The notes under the pieces: generated by a model
What the model saw: the letters and a program-made list of their open reading frames with translations, nothing else
What the model was told of the DNA's origin: nothing
The model's database searches: none
Part shown: one piece after another, positions 1-10,766 of the stretch
How the letters are laid out: the number at the start of each line of letters is the position of its first letter
How positions within the stretch are numbered: position 1 is the first letter of the stretch
Assembly (NCBI RefSeq): GCF_036780825.1
Contig: NZ_DAIQCD010000004.1
Location: forward strand, 33,412 to 97,411
Direction of reading: 5' to 3'
Source: Hyphomicrobium sp.
Lineage (GTDB): Bacteria > Pseudomonadota > Alphaproteobacteria > Rhizobiales > Hyphomicrobiaceae
DNA: 64,000 bases
Translations under genes and position numbers: made by a program

Positions 1-911
1 TTCAGGAGATTGCGCCAGGTGCGCTCGCCGGCGTGCGGTTCGCCCGAGACGAGCAGCACGCGCAGGTTCTCGCGCACGCCCTCGGCAACGATGACGACGC
101 GGTTGTTGGCGGATGTGAGCTCACCGGGCTCGGTCGCGAGCTCGACCTCGAGGATGTTGGTGCCCGCATGCGGGAATGGCATCGCGATCGACACCGGCTC
201 GTCGACGCTTGCCGTCCGAAGCTCGTCGGGGCGGCCCTCGCGGCGCACGCGGAGCGAGGCGCCGCCACCGCTACCCGCCGACCGGCGGCCGGTCTCGCGC
301 ACGGCGATCCTGATATCGCGAGACTGCCCGACGAGGCCATAGCGCGGTGCATCCAGGATCTCGATGCGCCTGTCGAATTCGTCCGGCGTGCCGGTGAGAA
401 GGGCGTGCACGGGGGCGTCGAAGCCGAGCGCGGCGGTGGATGTCGGAACGTCATGCACCTGGCCGTCCGTGATCAGCACCACGCCGGCGATGCGGTCCGG
501 CGGCGTGCTCGTCAGAACGGAGTTGAGTGTCGAGAAAAGGTGCGTGCCCTGGGTGGCGGCGTCTTCGCTCTGCGTGGATGTCGCCCATTTGATTTCGAGA
601 TTTGCGATCTTGCCGAGGCGCTGCTCGAGCTCGCGGCGGATGGCGGCTTTCTGCTCGGGACGCTTGTCGAGGGCCTGGCTCGTGCTTTCGTCGACAACCA
701 CCACGGCGATGTTGGCCAGGCTTTCGCGCTCCTCCTCGCGCAGCGTCGGGTTCATGAGCGCGGCGATCAGGGCGGCGAGCGCGAGGCCGCGCCAAAGGGC
801 GCCCCGGCTTCTGCGGAAGAGAAGGATGGCGACGAGCACAAGCGCGAGCAGAGCCGCCGCCCAGATGAGCGGAACCGGAACCAGCGGTGTGAACTCGATC
901 GACCAGTTCAT
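1..911 (-). CDS. Membrane-anchored vWA-like protein of the MoxR-DUF58-DUF4159 operon (3' end outside window; absent from ORF track)
   Basis: ATG at 911 reads MNWSIEFTPLVPVPLIWAAALLALVLVAILLFRRSRGALWRGLALAALIAALMNPTLREEERESLANIAVVVVDESTSQ (two TM helices, then a MIDAS-like DxSxS). It starts 50 bp after the DUF4159 gene. Confidence 0.75.
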   Translation of the reverse strand, partial: MNWSIEFTPLVPVPLIWAAALLALVLVAILLFRRSRGALWRGLALAALIAALMNPTLREEERESLANIAVVVVDESTSQALDKRPEQKAAIRRELEQRLGKIANLEIKWATSTQSEDAATQGTHLFSTLNSVLTSTPPDRIAGVVLITDGQVHDVPTSTAALGFDAPVHALLTGTPDEFDRRIEILDAPRYGLVGQSRDIRIAVRETGRRSAGSGGGASLRVRREGRPDELRTASVDEPVSIAMPFPHAGTNILEVELATEPGELTSANNRVVIVAEGVRENLRVLLVSGEPHAGERTWRNLL

Positions 912-961
912 GCCTTGCTCTTACTCCTCGCGCGGGTTCACGCCGGCGGCCCGCGCAGCCG

Positions 962-3883
962 TTATTGCCCCAGCCGTTCCAGCAATGCGGGAACGTGCAC
1001 CTGGTCGGCCTTGTAGTTGCCGGTCAGCGCGTGCATGACGATGTTGATGCCGGTGCGCAGCGCCATCTCTCGCTGGCTTTCGCCGCCCGGAACGACCGGG
1101 TAAAGCGGGCGGCCCGAACTGTCGAGCGCCCAGGCGGACGCGAAGTCGTTCGAGGTGATCATGATCGACGTCACGCCGTCGGCGCGCCGCGCCCTGCGGC
1201 TCTCGCCGTCTCCTTCGGACGTCGCCTCGACCCAGAGCTGCCCGCCTTCCCAGCGGCCCGGGAACGAGCGCAGCAGGTAGAACGATTTCGTCAGCACGTG
1301 ATCCTCAGGGACAGGCTCGAGACGGGGTACGTCAAGCGTGCCGATCAGGCGCTTCAGCGCCGCACCGTTGCGGCCTTCGAAGCTCGAAGCCGTCGGCATT
1401 CCCGTGCCGGAGTCCCGGGTGTCGAAGATGACCATGCCGCCCTGTTTCATGTAAGCGTCGATCTTGGCCAGCGTCGGCTGCGGCAACGGCTTGGCGCTCG
1501 CGAGCACGGGCCAGTAGAGCACCGGATAGAACGCGACCTCGTCGTTGACGATGTCGACCCCGATGGGCTCGCCCGGCTCGACCGCGGTGCGCAAAGCGAG
1601 CACGCGCGAGAGGCCTTCGAGGCCGGCCTTGCTCGTGGCATCGGCGCCGGCGTCGCCGGTCAGGACGTAGCCGAGCGTGACGTCGGCGGTGGCGGTCTGT
1701 GCTGTCTTGCCGCCCGGCACTGCGGAGAAGTCCGCGGCCGGCTGGCGTGCCTGTGCGGACGCGGGCTCCGGGGCGCCGAGGATGGCGGCCGAGGCGAGCA
1801 TGCCGGCCAGGAGCGCGCCGGCGGCGGTCGGCGTGCGCGGCCGGCGCCAGGAGGCGAGTGCGCCGAACAAGCCGAGAAGCGCCAGCACGGCCACGATGTC
1901 GATGAAGATCAGGCTGAGCGACGTGGCAAGCAGCGCGGGCGCAAGCGGCGTCGAAGGTTGGGTCTCGTAGAGCATACGCTGCGCCCCTGCCAGGCTGGGA
2001 AGTGGCGCCAGCGTGCTCTTTGGATCAAGAACGTTCAGCGCATGCGGACTTCCCTGGGCACCATAGTATCCCGGAGGATGCGGACGGCTAGCCTTAACGG
2101 AAGCGAGCTTTGCCGCCGGGATGGCTTCCGCGGTGGGCGGCGGCTGGCGCAGGATGCCGAAGCCATCGAGAACCTGCACGGGTGCGAAGACATCTGCGGT
2201 GGCGGCCGCCCGGGAGGAGGCGCTCTGGTCGTCCTCGCGATCGGCGGTGCCGGCGGGCGCCTGCGAAGCGCCCTCCGGGGGCGCGAGGCTGCCGAGTGCC
2301 GTGATCCGTTGCAGCATCTCCACGAAAAGACCCGACATCGGCAGGTTCGACCAATCCGAGTTGGCGGTAACGTGGAAGAGCACGATCTGCCCCGCGCCGC
2401 GCGCCGCGGCCGTGACGAGAGGCGTGCCGTCGGCGAGGCGCGCCCACACCTTCACGGCGGGCGTCAGCCGTGCCGGATCGGCGAGCACCTGCCGGCTGAC
2501 GGTCACGTCCTGGGGCACGGTGATGCCGGCGAAGACGCTGGTGTCGTCGAAAGGTGCAAGTGGTTGGGGTGCCGACCAGGAGAGTGCGCCGCCAAGCGTG
2601 CGACCGCCCATGCGCAGTGCCACCGGGAGCAGGTCGTCGCCGCCGCTTTCGAGGCGTGGGCCCGCAAAGCGCACGAGGATGCCGCCGCGCTCGACCCAGC
2701 TTTCCACGCGGTCCTTCATCTCGCCCGAAAGAGTTCCGATGTCGGCGAGCATGAGGACGCTCGCGTTCTGCTCGAAGATCGTGTCGATCCCCTTGGCCAG
2801 ATTGTGGTCCTTCGGGCGGATGATCTCGGCGAATGGCTGGACGGCCTTCTCGAGATAATAAAGCGGCGCCAGCAGCGGCTGAGCCTGCTCCTGGCTCTCC
2901 CCCGAGAGCATGCCGACACGCTGCCATTGGGACCGTCCGTCGAGCAGGCTCACAGCGCCAGCGGAATGCTCGCCGGCCAGCCCGAGACGGGTGACCTGAT
3001 TGCGCAGCTCGAGCGGCAGGTCGAACGCGACCTCCGTGCGTGTCGCGCCGGAAGGAAGCGTGAAGGATGCTTCACCCAGGCGTTGTCCGCGAGCCGAGAA
3101 GGCATCGATGCGCCCCGATCGGGCCGGGCCTCCGGTGCGCAGCACGGCGGCCATGAGCTTGCCGTCGGCGCCAAGATAGGCCGTAAGACCGAGCGGCTCG
3201 GAGCCGGCGGCGTCCTCGACGAGGGCGAACGTGCCTTCGCCCGCCGCCTGTTCGAGACCGTCCGCGAAGCTCGCCACGTCGCCATCGTGGTCGATGCCGT
3301 CGGCGAGCCAGAGCACGTTCGGCGCGACCACATTGGCGGAGGCGAGAGCGGTGGAAAGCCTAGCGAGCGTACCCTTACGGTCGGGAGCGTAGGGCTGCGG
3401 CTCGACGGCGGCGAGCGTGGCGCGAGCGTCGGCCGGCGCCTCGAGGCGCAGCGTCCGCGATTGCGACGCGGGTGCCGTCTCGGCCACGATCACGGGGCGT
3501 TTCTGCCGCTGTGCCTCCCCGAGAGCCTCCTCGGCGAGGGCCGAGCGCCGTGTCCATTCCGTAGCGGCGGCCCACCCATTGTCGATCACGAGCACAAGGG
3601 GGCCGCTGCCCGTCATGGCGCGGCCGCGCTCCGGATTGAGCACCGGCTCGGCGAGCGCAAGGATCACGAGTGCGGCGGCGGCGAGGCGCAGCAGCAGGAG
3701 CCACCACGGCGTCTTGGCCGGCGTCTTCTCCTCGTTCTCGAGGCCGACGAGGATGCGTGTCGCGGGAAATTCCACCTGCTTGGGGCGTGGCGGAACCGTC
3801 TTGAGCAGCCAATAGATCAGCGGCAGGCTGGCGAGGCCCGCCAGCAGCCATGGATTGAGGAAGGCCAGCGCGCCGAGGCTCAT
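962..3883 (-). CDS. BatA-N / vWA-like / GATase-like / DUF4159 domain protein
   Basis: Start MSLGALAFLNPWLLAGLASLPLIYWLL (BatA N-terminal double TM) overlaps the DUF58 stop as ATGA. C-terminus has DUF4159-like YMKQGGMVIFDTRD and ALRTGINIVMHALTGNYKADQVH. Confidence 0.85.
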   Translation of the reverse strand: MSLGALAFLNPWLLAGLASLPLIYWLLKTVPPRPKQVEFPATRILVGLENEEKTPAKTPWWLLLLRLAAAALVILALAEPVLNPERGRAMTGSGPLVLVIDNGWAAATEWTRRSALAEEALGEAQRQKRPVIVAETAPASQSRTLRLEAPADARATLAAVEPQPYAPDRKGTLARLSTALASANVVAPNVLWLADGIDHDGDVASFADGLEQAAGEGTFALVEDAAGSEPLGLTAYLGADGKLMAAVLRTGGPARSGRIDAFSARGQRLGEASFTLPSGATRTEVAFDLPLELRNQVTRLGLAGEHSAGAVSLLDGRSQWQRVGMLSGESQEQAQPLLAPLYYLEKAVQPFAEIIRPKDHNLAKGIDTIFEQNASVLMLADIGTLSGEMKDRVESWVERGGILVRFAGPRLESGGDDLLPVALRMGGRTLGGALSWSAPQPLAPFDDTSVFAGITVPQDVTVSRQVLADPARLTPAVKVWARLADGTPLVTAAARGAGQIVLFHVTANSDWSNLPMSGLFVEMLQRITALGSLAPPEGASQAPAGTADREDDQSASSRAAATADVFAPVQVLDGFGILRQPPPTAEAIPAAKLASVKASRPHPPGYYGAQGSPHALNVLDPKSTLAPLPSLAGAQRMLYETQPSTPLAPALLATSLSLIFIDIVAVLALLGLFGALASWRRPRTPTAAGALLAGMLASAAILGAPEPASAQARQPAADFSAVPGGKTAQTATADVTLGYVLTGDAGADATSKAGLEGLSRVLALRTAVEPGEPIGVDIVNDEVAFYPVLYWPVLASAKPLPQPTLAKIDAYMKQGGMVIFDTRDSGTGMPTASSFEGRNGAALKRLIGTLDVPRLEPVPEDHVLTKSFYLLRSFPGRWEGGQLWVEATSEGDGESRRARRADGVTSIMITSNDFASAWALDSSGRPLYPVVPGGESQREMALRTGINIVMHALTGNYKADQVHVPALLERLGQ

Positions 3884-4871
3884 GGCATCTCTTCCGCGCC
3901 GGATGGGCGCATGCCTGCGCCGCTGCCGCTCCAGCGATAGCCGTGCTCGCGGCCTTCGAGGCGCATGACGAGCGTGAGCAGCGGCTCCGTCGGCGGGCGG
4001 TCGGTATGATGGACGAGGAACGACCACCCAAGCCGCAAGGCGAGATCCTGCAGCGCCTGGCGATGGGCCTCGAGGCGCGCTTGATAGCGGGTGCGGAGGC
4101 TTTCCGCCCGATCCGCGATCCAGGCTTCGCCGCCCTCGGAGGGCAGGAACTCGGTGCGTCCCTCATAGGGGAGCGTTTCCTCGGCCGGATCGAGCACCTG
4201 CACGAGGTGGCCGGTGGCGCCGCCCGCCGCCAATGCTTCCATGCTCTCGCGCAACTCGTCGATGGGATCGAGGAAGTCGCTGATCAGGATCAGCCCCGAG
4301 AAGCGGCTGACGCGTGCCGAGGAGGGGCGCCCCGCGGCAAGTTGCGGCGCGCCGGCGTGGGACGCGATGGCCTCGGCGATGCGTGTTGCGGCGCGCCGGC
4401 TGGAGGTGGGCGGCGTCAGGCCAAGCAGGCCCACGCGCTCGCCTCCGCGCACGAGAAGTTCCGCCGCCGCCAGCATCAGGATCAGGGCCCGGTCGCGCTT
4501 GGTCACATCGGCGAGATGGCTTCGGAAGGCCATCGAGGGCGAGAGATCGGGCCATAGCCACACCGTGTGCGCGGCCTCCCATTCGCGCTCGCGGACATAG
4601 AGGTGATCGGAGCTCGCCGAGCGGCGCCAATCGATGAGCTGTGCGGAGTCCTGGGATTCGTAGGTGCGGAACTGCCAGAACGTCTCGCCCGGGCCGGCGC
4701 GGCGGCGTCCGTGGATGCCGTGTGCCACGGTCTGAGCGATGCGGTCCGCCTCGATGAGGAGATCGGGCAGCTTGTCGGCCAGGGCATGGGCGTCGCGCTC
4801 GAGGGTGAACACCCGCGCGTCGCTGCCTTGCGCAGACTGGCCGGGGGCATGCCCGCGGGGCGCCATCGTCG

Positions 4872-4875
<4 letters not shown>
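3880..4875 (-). CDS. DUF58 domain protein
   Basis: HGRRRAGPGETFWQFRTY, IDWRRSA and VREREWE motifs; GTGA overlap with the MoxR stop. Confidence 0.9.
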
Positions 4876-5870
<995 letters not shown>

Positions 5871-6238
5871 GATGGCCAAGCTCACGGGTTGCGGATTACG
5901 GCTACGGCGTGCGACGCCGGACAGGGAGGCTGCCGGGCGACCTGCTGCACATCGCTCGATGTGACCGGCTGGCGGGGGCCCCGGTCAAGTTAATACTCGG
6001 TAAGACGCTTCGGGAAATCTCCTTAGCGGTTGCCAGAGGACTATGCTGCAGATTGGGCACCCACAGGGCAAGCCTGCATCTGCCCATAAGCCGGACTCTT
6101 GCGAATGCCTGCCCTTTATGGATCGCCGTTCGCCATGCGCTCGAACGTTGCGGCAGCATTCGGAAAATCCACGATAATGTGTAATTTTATGTTCCAACAG
6201 ACGATTTCCAGACGGTGAGGGATGCAGGCAGCGCATCG

Positions 6239-6775
6239 ATGGACCGACTAGAGGAGCTTTTGAGAGAGGCCGATGCGCGGGGTGCGGCTCCGGTCGAAGC
6301 ATGGGATCCTCCCTATTGCGGCGATATCGGGCTCGCCATCGCGGGCGACGGCCAGTGGCTCTACCAGGGAAGCGCCATCCCGAGGCGCGAGATCGTGAAG
6401 CTGTTCGCACGCGTGCTGCGGCGCGATGCGGATGGGCGCACCTATCTGGTCACGCCGGCGGAAAAGGTGGATGTGGCCGTGGCGGACGCGCCCTTCATCG
6501 CGGTCGAGATGCAGGTTCAGGGGCGCGGGACGGAGCAGGCGCTGCTGTTCCGCACCAACGTGGATGACGTCGTGCGCTGTGACGCCGACCACCCGCTGCG
6601 CTTTACCATTGGCGCGGCCGATGGAGCGTTCAAACCGTATGTGCGCATCCGCGGCCGCCTCGAGGCATTGCTGTCGAGAGCCCTGGTCTACGATCTCGTC
6701 GAACTTGCGGACGAGGGACCGGATGGGCGCCCAGGCCTATGGAGCGGTGGCGCGTTCTTCGAGTTGCCGAGCTGA
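6239..6775 (+). CDS. DUF1285 domain protein
   Basis: PVEAWDPPYCGDIGLAIAGDGQWLYQGSAIPR and YLVTPAEKV; divergent from moxR. Alternative GTG start at 6215. Confidence 0.85.
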   Translation: MDRLEELLREADARGAAPVEAWDPPYCGDIGLAIAGDGQWLYQGSAIPRREIVKLFARVLRRDADGRTYLVTPAEKVDVAVADAPFIAVEMQVQGRGTEQALLFRTNVDDVVRCDADHPLRFTIGAADGAFKPYVRIRGRLEALLSRALVYDLVELADEGPDGRPGLWSGGAFFELPS

Positions 6776-6788
6776 GCGGCGCTGAGGG

Positions 6789-7658
6789 TCACCATGCCAG
6801 CGCGGGCATAGCGGCGAGGGGAAGTCTTTCGACTGCAGAGAAAAGCTCCGATAGATGCTCGCTCGTCAAAGGCTCCGTGACGTGAATGCCGCTCGCGATG
6901 AAGACGCTGTCGAGGCCGGCGGCCGCGGCGCCTTTGATATCCGTGCGGATGCCGTCGCCGATGCACAGGATGCGCTCGCGCGGAACCGGTGTGCCGCGCA
7001 GCGTCTCGATCATGGAAAAGGCCACATCGTAGACGGGCAGGTAGGGCTTCCCGGCATAGGAGACGCTGCCGCCAAGAGCGATAAACTCGGCGGCGAGGGC
7101 GCCGGCGCAATAGACGATCTCGGAGCCGCGCTCGACGGTGAGATCGGGGTTGGCGCAAATCATCGGCACCTTGCGCTCCGCAAGCGCGGCCAGGACGGCG
7201 GCGTAATCGTCTGGCGTCTCGATCTCGTCGTTGAATAGGCCCGTGCAGGAGACCGCGTCGGCGTCGGCGGCCTCCGACAGCGTGACACCGAGCCCCTCGT
7301 AAAGGGGAAGATCGCGATCAGGGCCGAGGTGGAACACGCGCCGGCCCGTATAGGCGCCGACGAGCGCGCGCGCGGCATCTCCGGAGGTCAGGACGGCATC
7401 CCAGGCCGCGCGCGGCACGCCGAGGCGATCCAGCTGGATCACGATTTGCTCGGACGGCCGAGGCGCGTTGGATAATAGCAGTACGGTTCCACCGGCGCGG
7501 CGAAACTGCGTGCAGGCGTCACAAGCGGCGGCGAAAGCGTGAACGCCGTTGTGCATGACGCCCCAGATGTCCGTCAGCCAGACATCGCGCGCGGGCGCCA
7601 GCTCGGCGATCGATGACAGAATGGGAACGGATTGGGCAAGCGAGGGCGACGTATCCAT
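6789..7658 (-). CDS. HAD-IIA hydrolase (TIGR01459-like)
   Basis: Motif I WLTDIWGVMHNG, LSNAPRP, CANPD, GKP, IGDGIRTDIKGA. Confidence 0.9.
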   Translation of the reverse strand: MDTSPSLAQSVPILSSIAELAPARDVWLTDIWGVMHNGVHAFAAACDACTQFRRAGGTVLLLSNAPRPSEQIVIQLDRLGVPRAAWDAVLTSGDAARALVGAYTGRRVFHLGPDRDLPLYEGLGVTLSEAADADAVSCTGLFNDEIETPDDYAAVLAALAERKVPMICANPDLTVERGSEIVYCAGALAAEFIALGGSVSYAGKPYLPVYDVAFSMIETLRGTPVPRERILCIGDGIRTDIKGAAAAGLDSVFIASGIHVTEPLTSEHLSELFSAVERLPLAAMPALAW

Positions 7659-7757
7659 GCGCCATGCCTACTGGCTCAGGAGGCTTGGAGCAAGCGCTGC
7701 GAGGCGCTTGCCCTTCCATCAGCCGGGCCGTGTCATGCCCATATTCAAGGCCGCGCC

Positions 7758-9572
7758 TTATGCGGCGGTGCGCCCGCTGCGCGGGCCGCTCACCACATCG
7801 GCCCTGACAGGGCGCGCGCCGCCAAAGAACTGGCCCTGTCCGAGGAGCGCCCCGAAGCCGAACACTCGGGCGAGCTGTTCCTCGTTGTCGATGCGCTCGA
7901 CGACTAGCGTCAGGCCGTGGCGGGCAAGATGGCGGCAGACGTCGCTCGACGGAATCGAGCCGCTTGGCGCGGGCAGTCCCTCGAGGAACACGGACGCGTC
8001 GAGCTTGGCGAATACGAAGCCCTGCTCGGCCAGCATCTCGAAATCCATGTCGAGGTCGGTCAGGTGCGAGAGCGCGAAGCGGAAGCCGAGTGCACGCATG
8101 TCGGCAAGCGAATCCCATTCCGGCGTCGAGAACGCCCGTACGTCGGTCTGCGTGAAGGAAAGCACGAGCTGGCTGGCGAGGCTCGCTCGCTGGTGCAGAG
8201 TCTCGGCCAACTCGCCGAGGAAATACTCGTCCGCGACGGATTCGCCGCTGAAGGCCGAGAACACGGAGCCGCTCTTCCCCCGCTCCTCGAGGCGGCGCGC
8301 GACGGCGGCCGTGCGCGTGACGCGTACGCCGTCGAACAAGGGAAGGAGGCCGGTGCCGCGCAGGTCCGGACCGCCTGGCGCTGCCTCAAGCGGGTTGCCG
8401 TCGGCATCGCGCAGGCGCACGGCCACTTCATAGTGGCGTGTCTGCTGATCCTCGAGGCCGAGGATCGGCTCAAGCGAGACGTCGATCCGCCCAGCGGAGA
8501 TGGCGTCAGCCATGAGGCGCGCGTGGGCGTCGGCGTTGGACCGCGGGCGCTGCTGCGGTTTTGCCTGCGGGGCGGCGGCAGCGCCCCGGACGAATGGCGG
8601 AAGCGGCGGCGGCTCTGATGCCGGCTCAGCGCGAGACGCCGTCTTGGGGGTGGATTTTCCTTCGGATTCGACGGCCCGCATTGTGCCGGCCGTCATGCGC
8701 AGGGCGGCGATCGAGCGCTCGATGGAGGCGGTGTCGGGCGATGCGCCGGCGGTTGCAGAAGGGCGCGACGCATCCTTTCCTCCGTCTGCGCCGTCAGCCG
8801 CAGGCGCCGGTTGCGCGCGGGATTGTTCGGCCGCGTTGACTTCGGCGAGAAGCCGCTTGATGGCGTCCTGGATCACCTCCACATCGGCTTCGCGCGGGGC
8901 TGAGGCCTTAGCCTGGGACGGCGCTGCCTTTGGCGAGGCGCCGTCGTGTGCAGGGGCGGGGCCGGGCAGAGACAGCTCGGCGGAGCCCGGGACGCGCCCG
9001 GTGACGAACGGCGGAAGCTTTTGCTCGGCCGCCGGACGGAACGACCACAGATCCTGAAGGTCCTCGGCGCGCGCGGGATTTGCGCTCTCGGCAGGCCGTC
9101 CGGCCGGGAGCGGCAGGGGCGGCGGCGCCGTGCGATCGGCTTGGCGCGAAGGTGCCGGGGGCGGCGGCTGCATGCCGGCGCCGGTCTTCGTCGTGGAGCG
9201 CTGCGGAGCCGCCGGCCGCACGTCGGCCCGGAACGGCGGCGGATCCTGGGCGGGCGCGCGCGCCGCTTTCGATGCCGGTGCCGCCTGCGGCAGGCCGGGC
9301 GCCGGGGACGGCGCCTTCAGCATGCCGTCCTGGGGATGGCGCGGTGGAGCGGCCGCACGGTCACGGGAGGGCGCCCGATCGAGCGCATGGCGCTTGCGGC
9401 GCCACATGACGGCATGGGCAGTGAGGAGGAGGAGATAAGCCGAGAGAGCGGCCGTTGCCGCGACGGGGCCGGGCAGGCCGGCGTGTTGATGCAGCGCTAC
9501 CGCAGCCGCGCCCGCGACCAAGCCCATGGCCACAACGACGATGGTCTGCGAGGCAGTCTGATTTCCGGTCAT
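7758..9572 (-). CDS. Membrane-anchored degenerate EAL-domain protein (TipF-like)
   Basis: Two N-terminal TM helices, a long Pro/Ala-rich linker, then an EAL fold (LEPILGL..HYEVAVRLRD, FAKLD, VERID, GQGQFFG). Confidence 0.8.
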   Translation of the reverse strand: MTGNQTASQTIVVVAMGLVAGAAAVALHQHAGLPGPVAATAALSAYLLLLTAHAVMWRRKRHALDRAPSRDRAAAPPRHPQDGMLKAPSPAPGLPQAAPASKAARAPAQDPPPFRADVRPAAPQRSTTKTGAGMQPPPPAPSRQADRTAPPPLPLPAGRPAESANPARAEDLQDLWSFRPAAEQKLPPFVTGRVPGSAELSLPGPAPAHDGASPKAAPSQAKASAPREADVEVIQDAIKRLLAEVNAAEQSRAQPAPAADGADGGKDASRPSATAGASPDTASIERSIAALRMTAGTMRAVESEGKSTPKTASRAEPASEPPPLPPFVRGAAAAPQAKPQQRPRSNADAHARLMADAISAGRIDVSLEPILGLEDQQTRHYEVAVRLRDADGNPLEAAPGGPDLRGTGLLPLFDGVRVTRTAAVARRLEERGKSGSVFSAFSGESVADEYFLGELAETLHQRASLASQLVLSFTQTDVRAFSTPEWDSLADMRALGFRFALSHLTDLDMDFEMLAEQGFVFAKLDASVFLEGLPAPSGSIPSSDVCRHLARHGLTLVVERIDNEEQLARVFGFGALLGQGQFFGGARPVRADVVSGPRSGRTAA

Positions 9573-9937
9573 AATTTCTTCTCTTCCCTCGATACTTCAG
9601 TGCGACCCGCCCCCCTAACTCAACGACGGATTCCTCCGCCAACGAATCGCTCCGCCCAGGGTCGGACCGTTCCCCCGGCAAGGCAACGTTGCCTCCCCGC
9701 GGTATCACCAGCATTTCGCGAGTGCCGTCGTCCGCATAGGCCGACAGTGGCCAAGATGCACCGGGTTTGGTGGCGCAACGGCTACAATGTTTGCGGGGGA
9801 GGGCCGCAAAGCAGCCATGGCCTAGCCGCGAGGGAACCCGAATCGGGAGGCCGTTTAGATGTCGTTAGGCGAATCGGCGTGCTATCGCCATGTCCGGGCC
9901 GCCTCACTCTGTCCGGCGTACGAAGGAGAGTTGCCCG

Positions 9938-10687
9938 ATGTCGATGAGTGTTATTGCGCGCGCGTGCGATTGCGTGGCGTTGCCCGAGCTTGCGGGCTGT
10001 CGCGTGCTGGTTACAGGACTTACCACCGATTTCGGATTCGATGTCGCTCGCTCTTTTGCCGATCGCGGAGCGCGTCTCATCGTCCAGTCGCCGGATGCAG
10101 GCCCGGCGCTGACGGAGCTTGCCACTCTTTTGGCCGACAACGCGAGGGAGATGCATCTTTTCGATGCTCCACTCGACAGCGAGGCAGACGCGGCGCGGCT
10201 GGTGCAGACCGTGGCGCAGGAGCTCGGCGGTATCGACGCGATGGTCAACCTTGCGTGTGTGGAACGCGCCTTCGTCGACGGATTGGAGACGCCCGGTGAC
10301 GTGGAGCGCCTCGTTTCCGAAGTGCTGAGACTGCCGCTGCGGCTCACGGAGGTGGCGGCCAACCGCATGCGCCTCGTCTGGCGCGAGGGCGTCATTCTGA
10401 ACGCGGTGCGCATGTCCAGCGCGTCCGGCGGGCGGGCGATGATGCTGGCCGATGTGCTGCGCGCTGAGCTCGCAGCCCTGACGCGCGGCCTTGCGCGCGA
10501 GTGGGCCGAGCACGGGATCAGCATCAATGCCGTGGCTCCGCCGTCGTCGGTTGCGGTCCTCACCGGAGAGACGGAGGCCTCGGAGGCCGATCTGGCCGCG
10601 GTCGCGATCGAGCTTGCGAGCCGAAAGGGACGGGGCGTGTCGGGGCATGTGCTCGACGCCACCGGCAGCGCGGGGCACTGCTGCTGA
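9938..10687 (+). CDS. SDR-fold protein lacking catalytic YxxxK
   Basis: RVLVTGLTTDFG, GGIDAMVN and LTRGLAREWAEHGISINAVAP; SD GAAGGAG upstream of ATG 9938. Confidence 0.8.
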   Translation: MSMSVIARACDCVALPELAGCRVLVTGLTTDFGFDVARSFADRGARLIVQSPDAGPALTELATLLADNAREMHLFDAPLDSEADAARLVQTVAQELGGIDAMVNLACVERAFVDGLETPGDVERLVSEVLRLPLRLTEVAANRMRLVWREGVILNAVRMSSASGGRAMMLADVLRAELAALTRGLAREWAEHGISINAVAPPSSVAVLTGETEASEADLAAVAIELASRKGRGVSGHVLDATGSAGHCC

Positions 10688-10766
10688 GGCCGACGGCCAA
10701 GAAACGACCTCCTGAATACATTGGACCGAGGGCGATGAACCTCGGCTTCCATCGCGACGAAGGGCT

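Noticed and set aside
965..3940. 991-aa plus-strand ORF, and similar long antisense ORFs (33-1016, 4956-5993, 12603-13913, 27028-29037, 42113-44353)
   Set aside because: Each mirrors a recognisable gene on the opposite strand and has no family motifs. These are shadow ORFs expected from GC-rich codon bias.
5990..6004. CtrA-like TTAA half-sites here and at about 19740
   Set aside because: The second half-site is off-register or has two mismatches.
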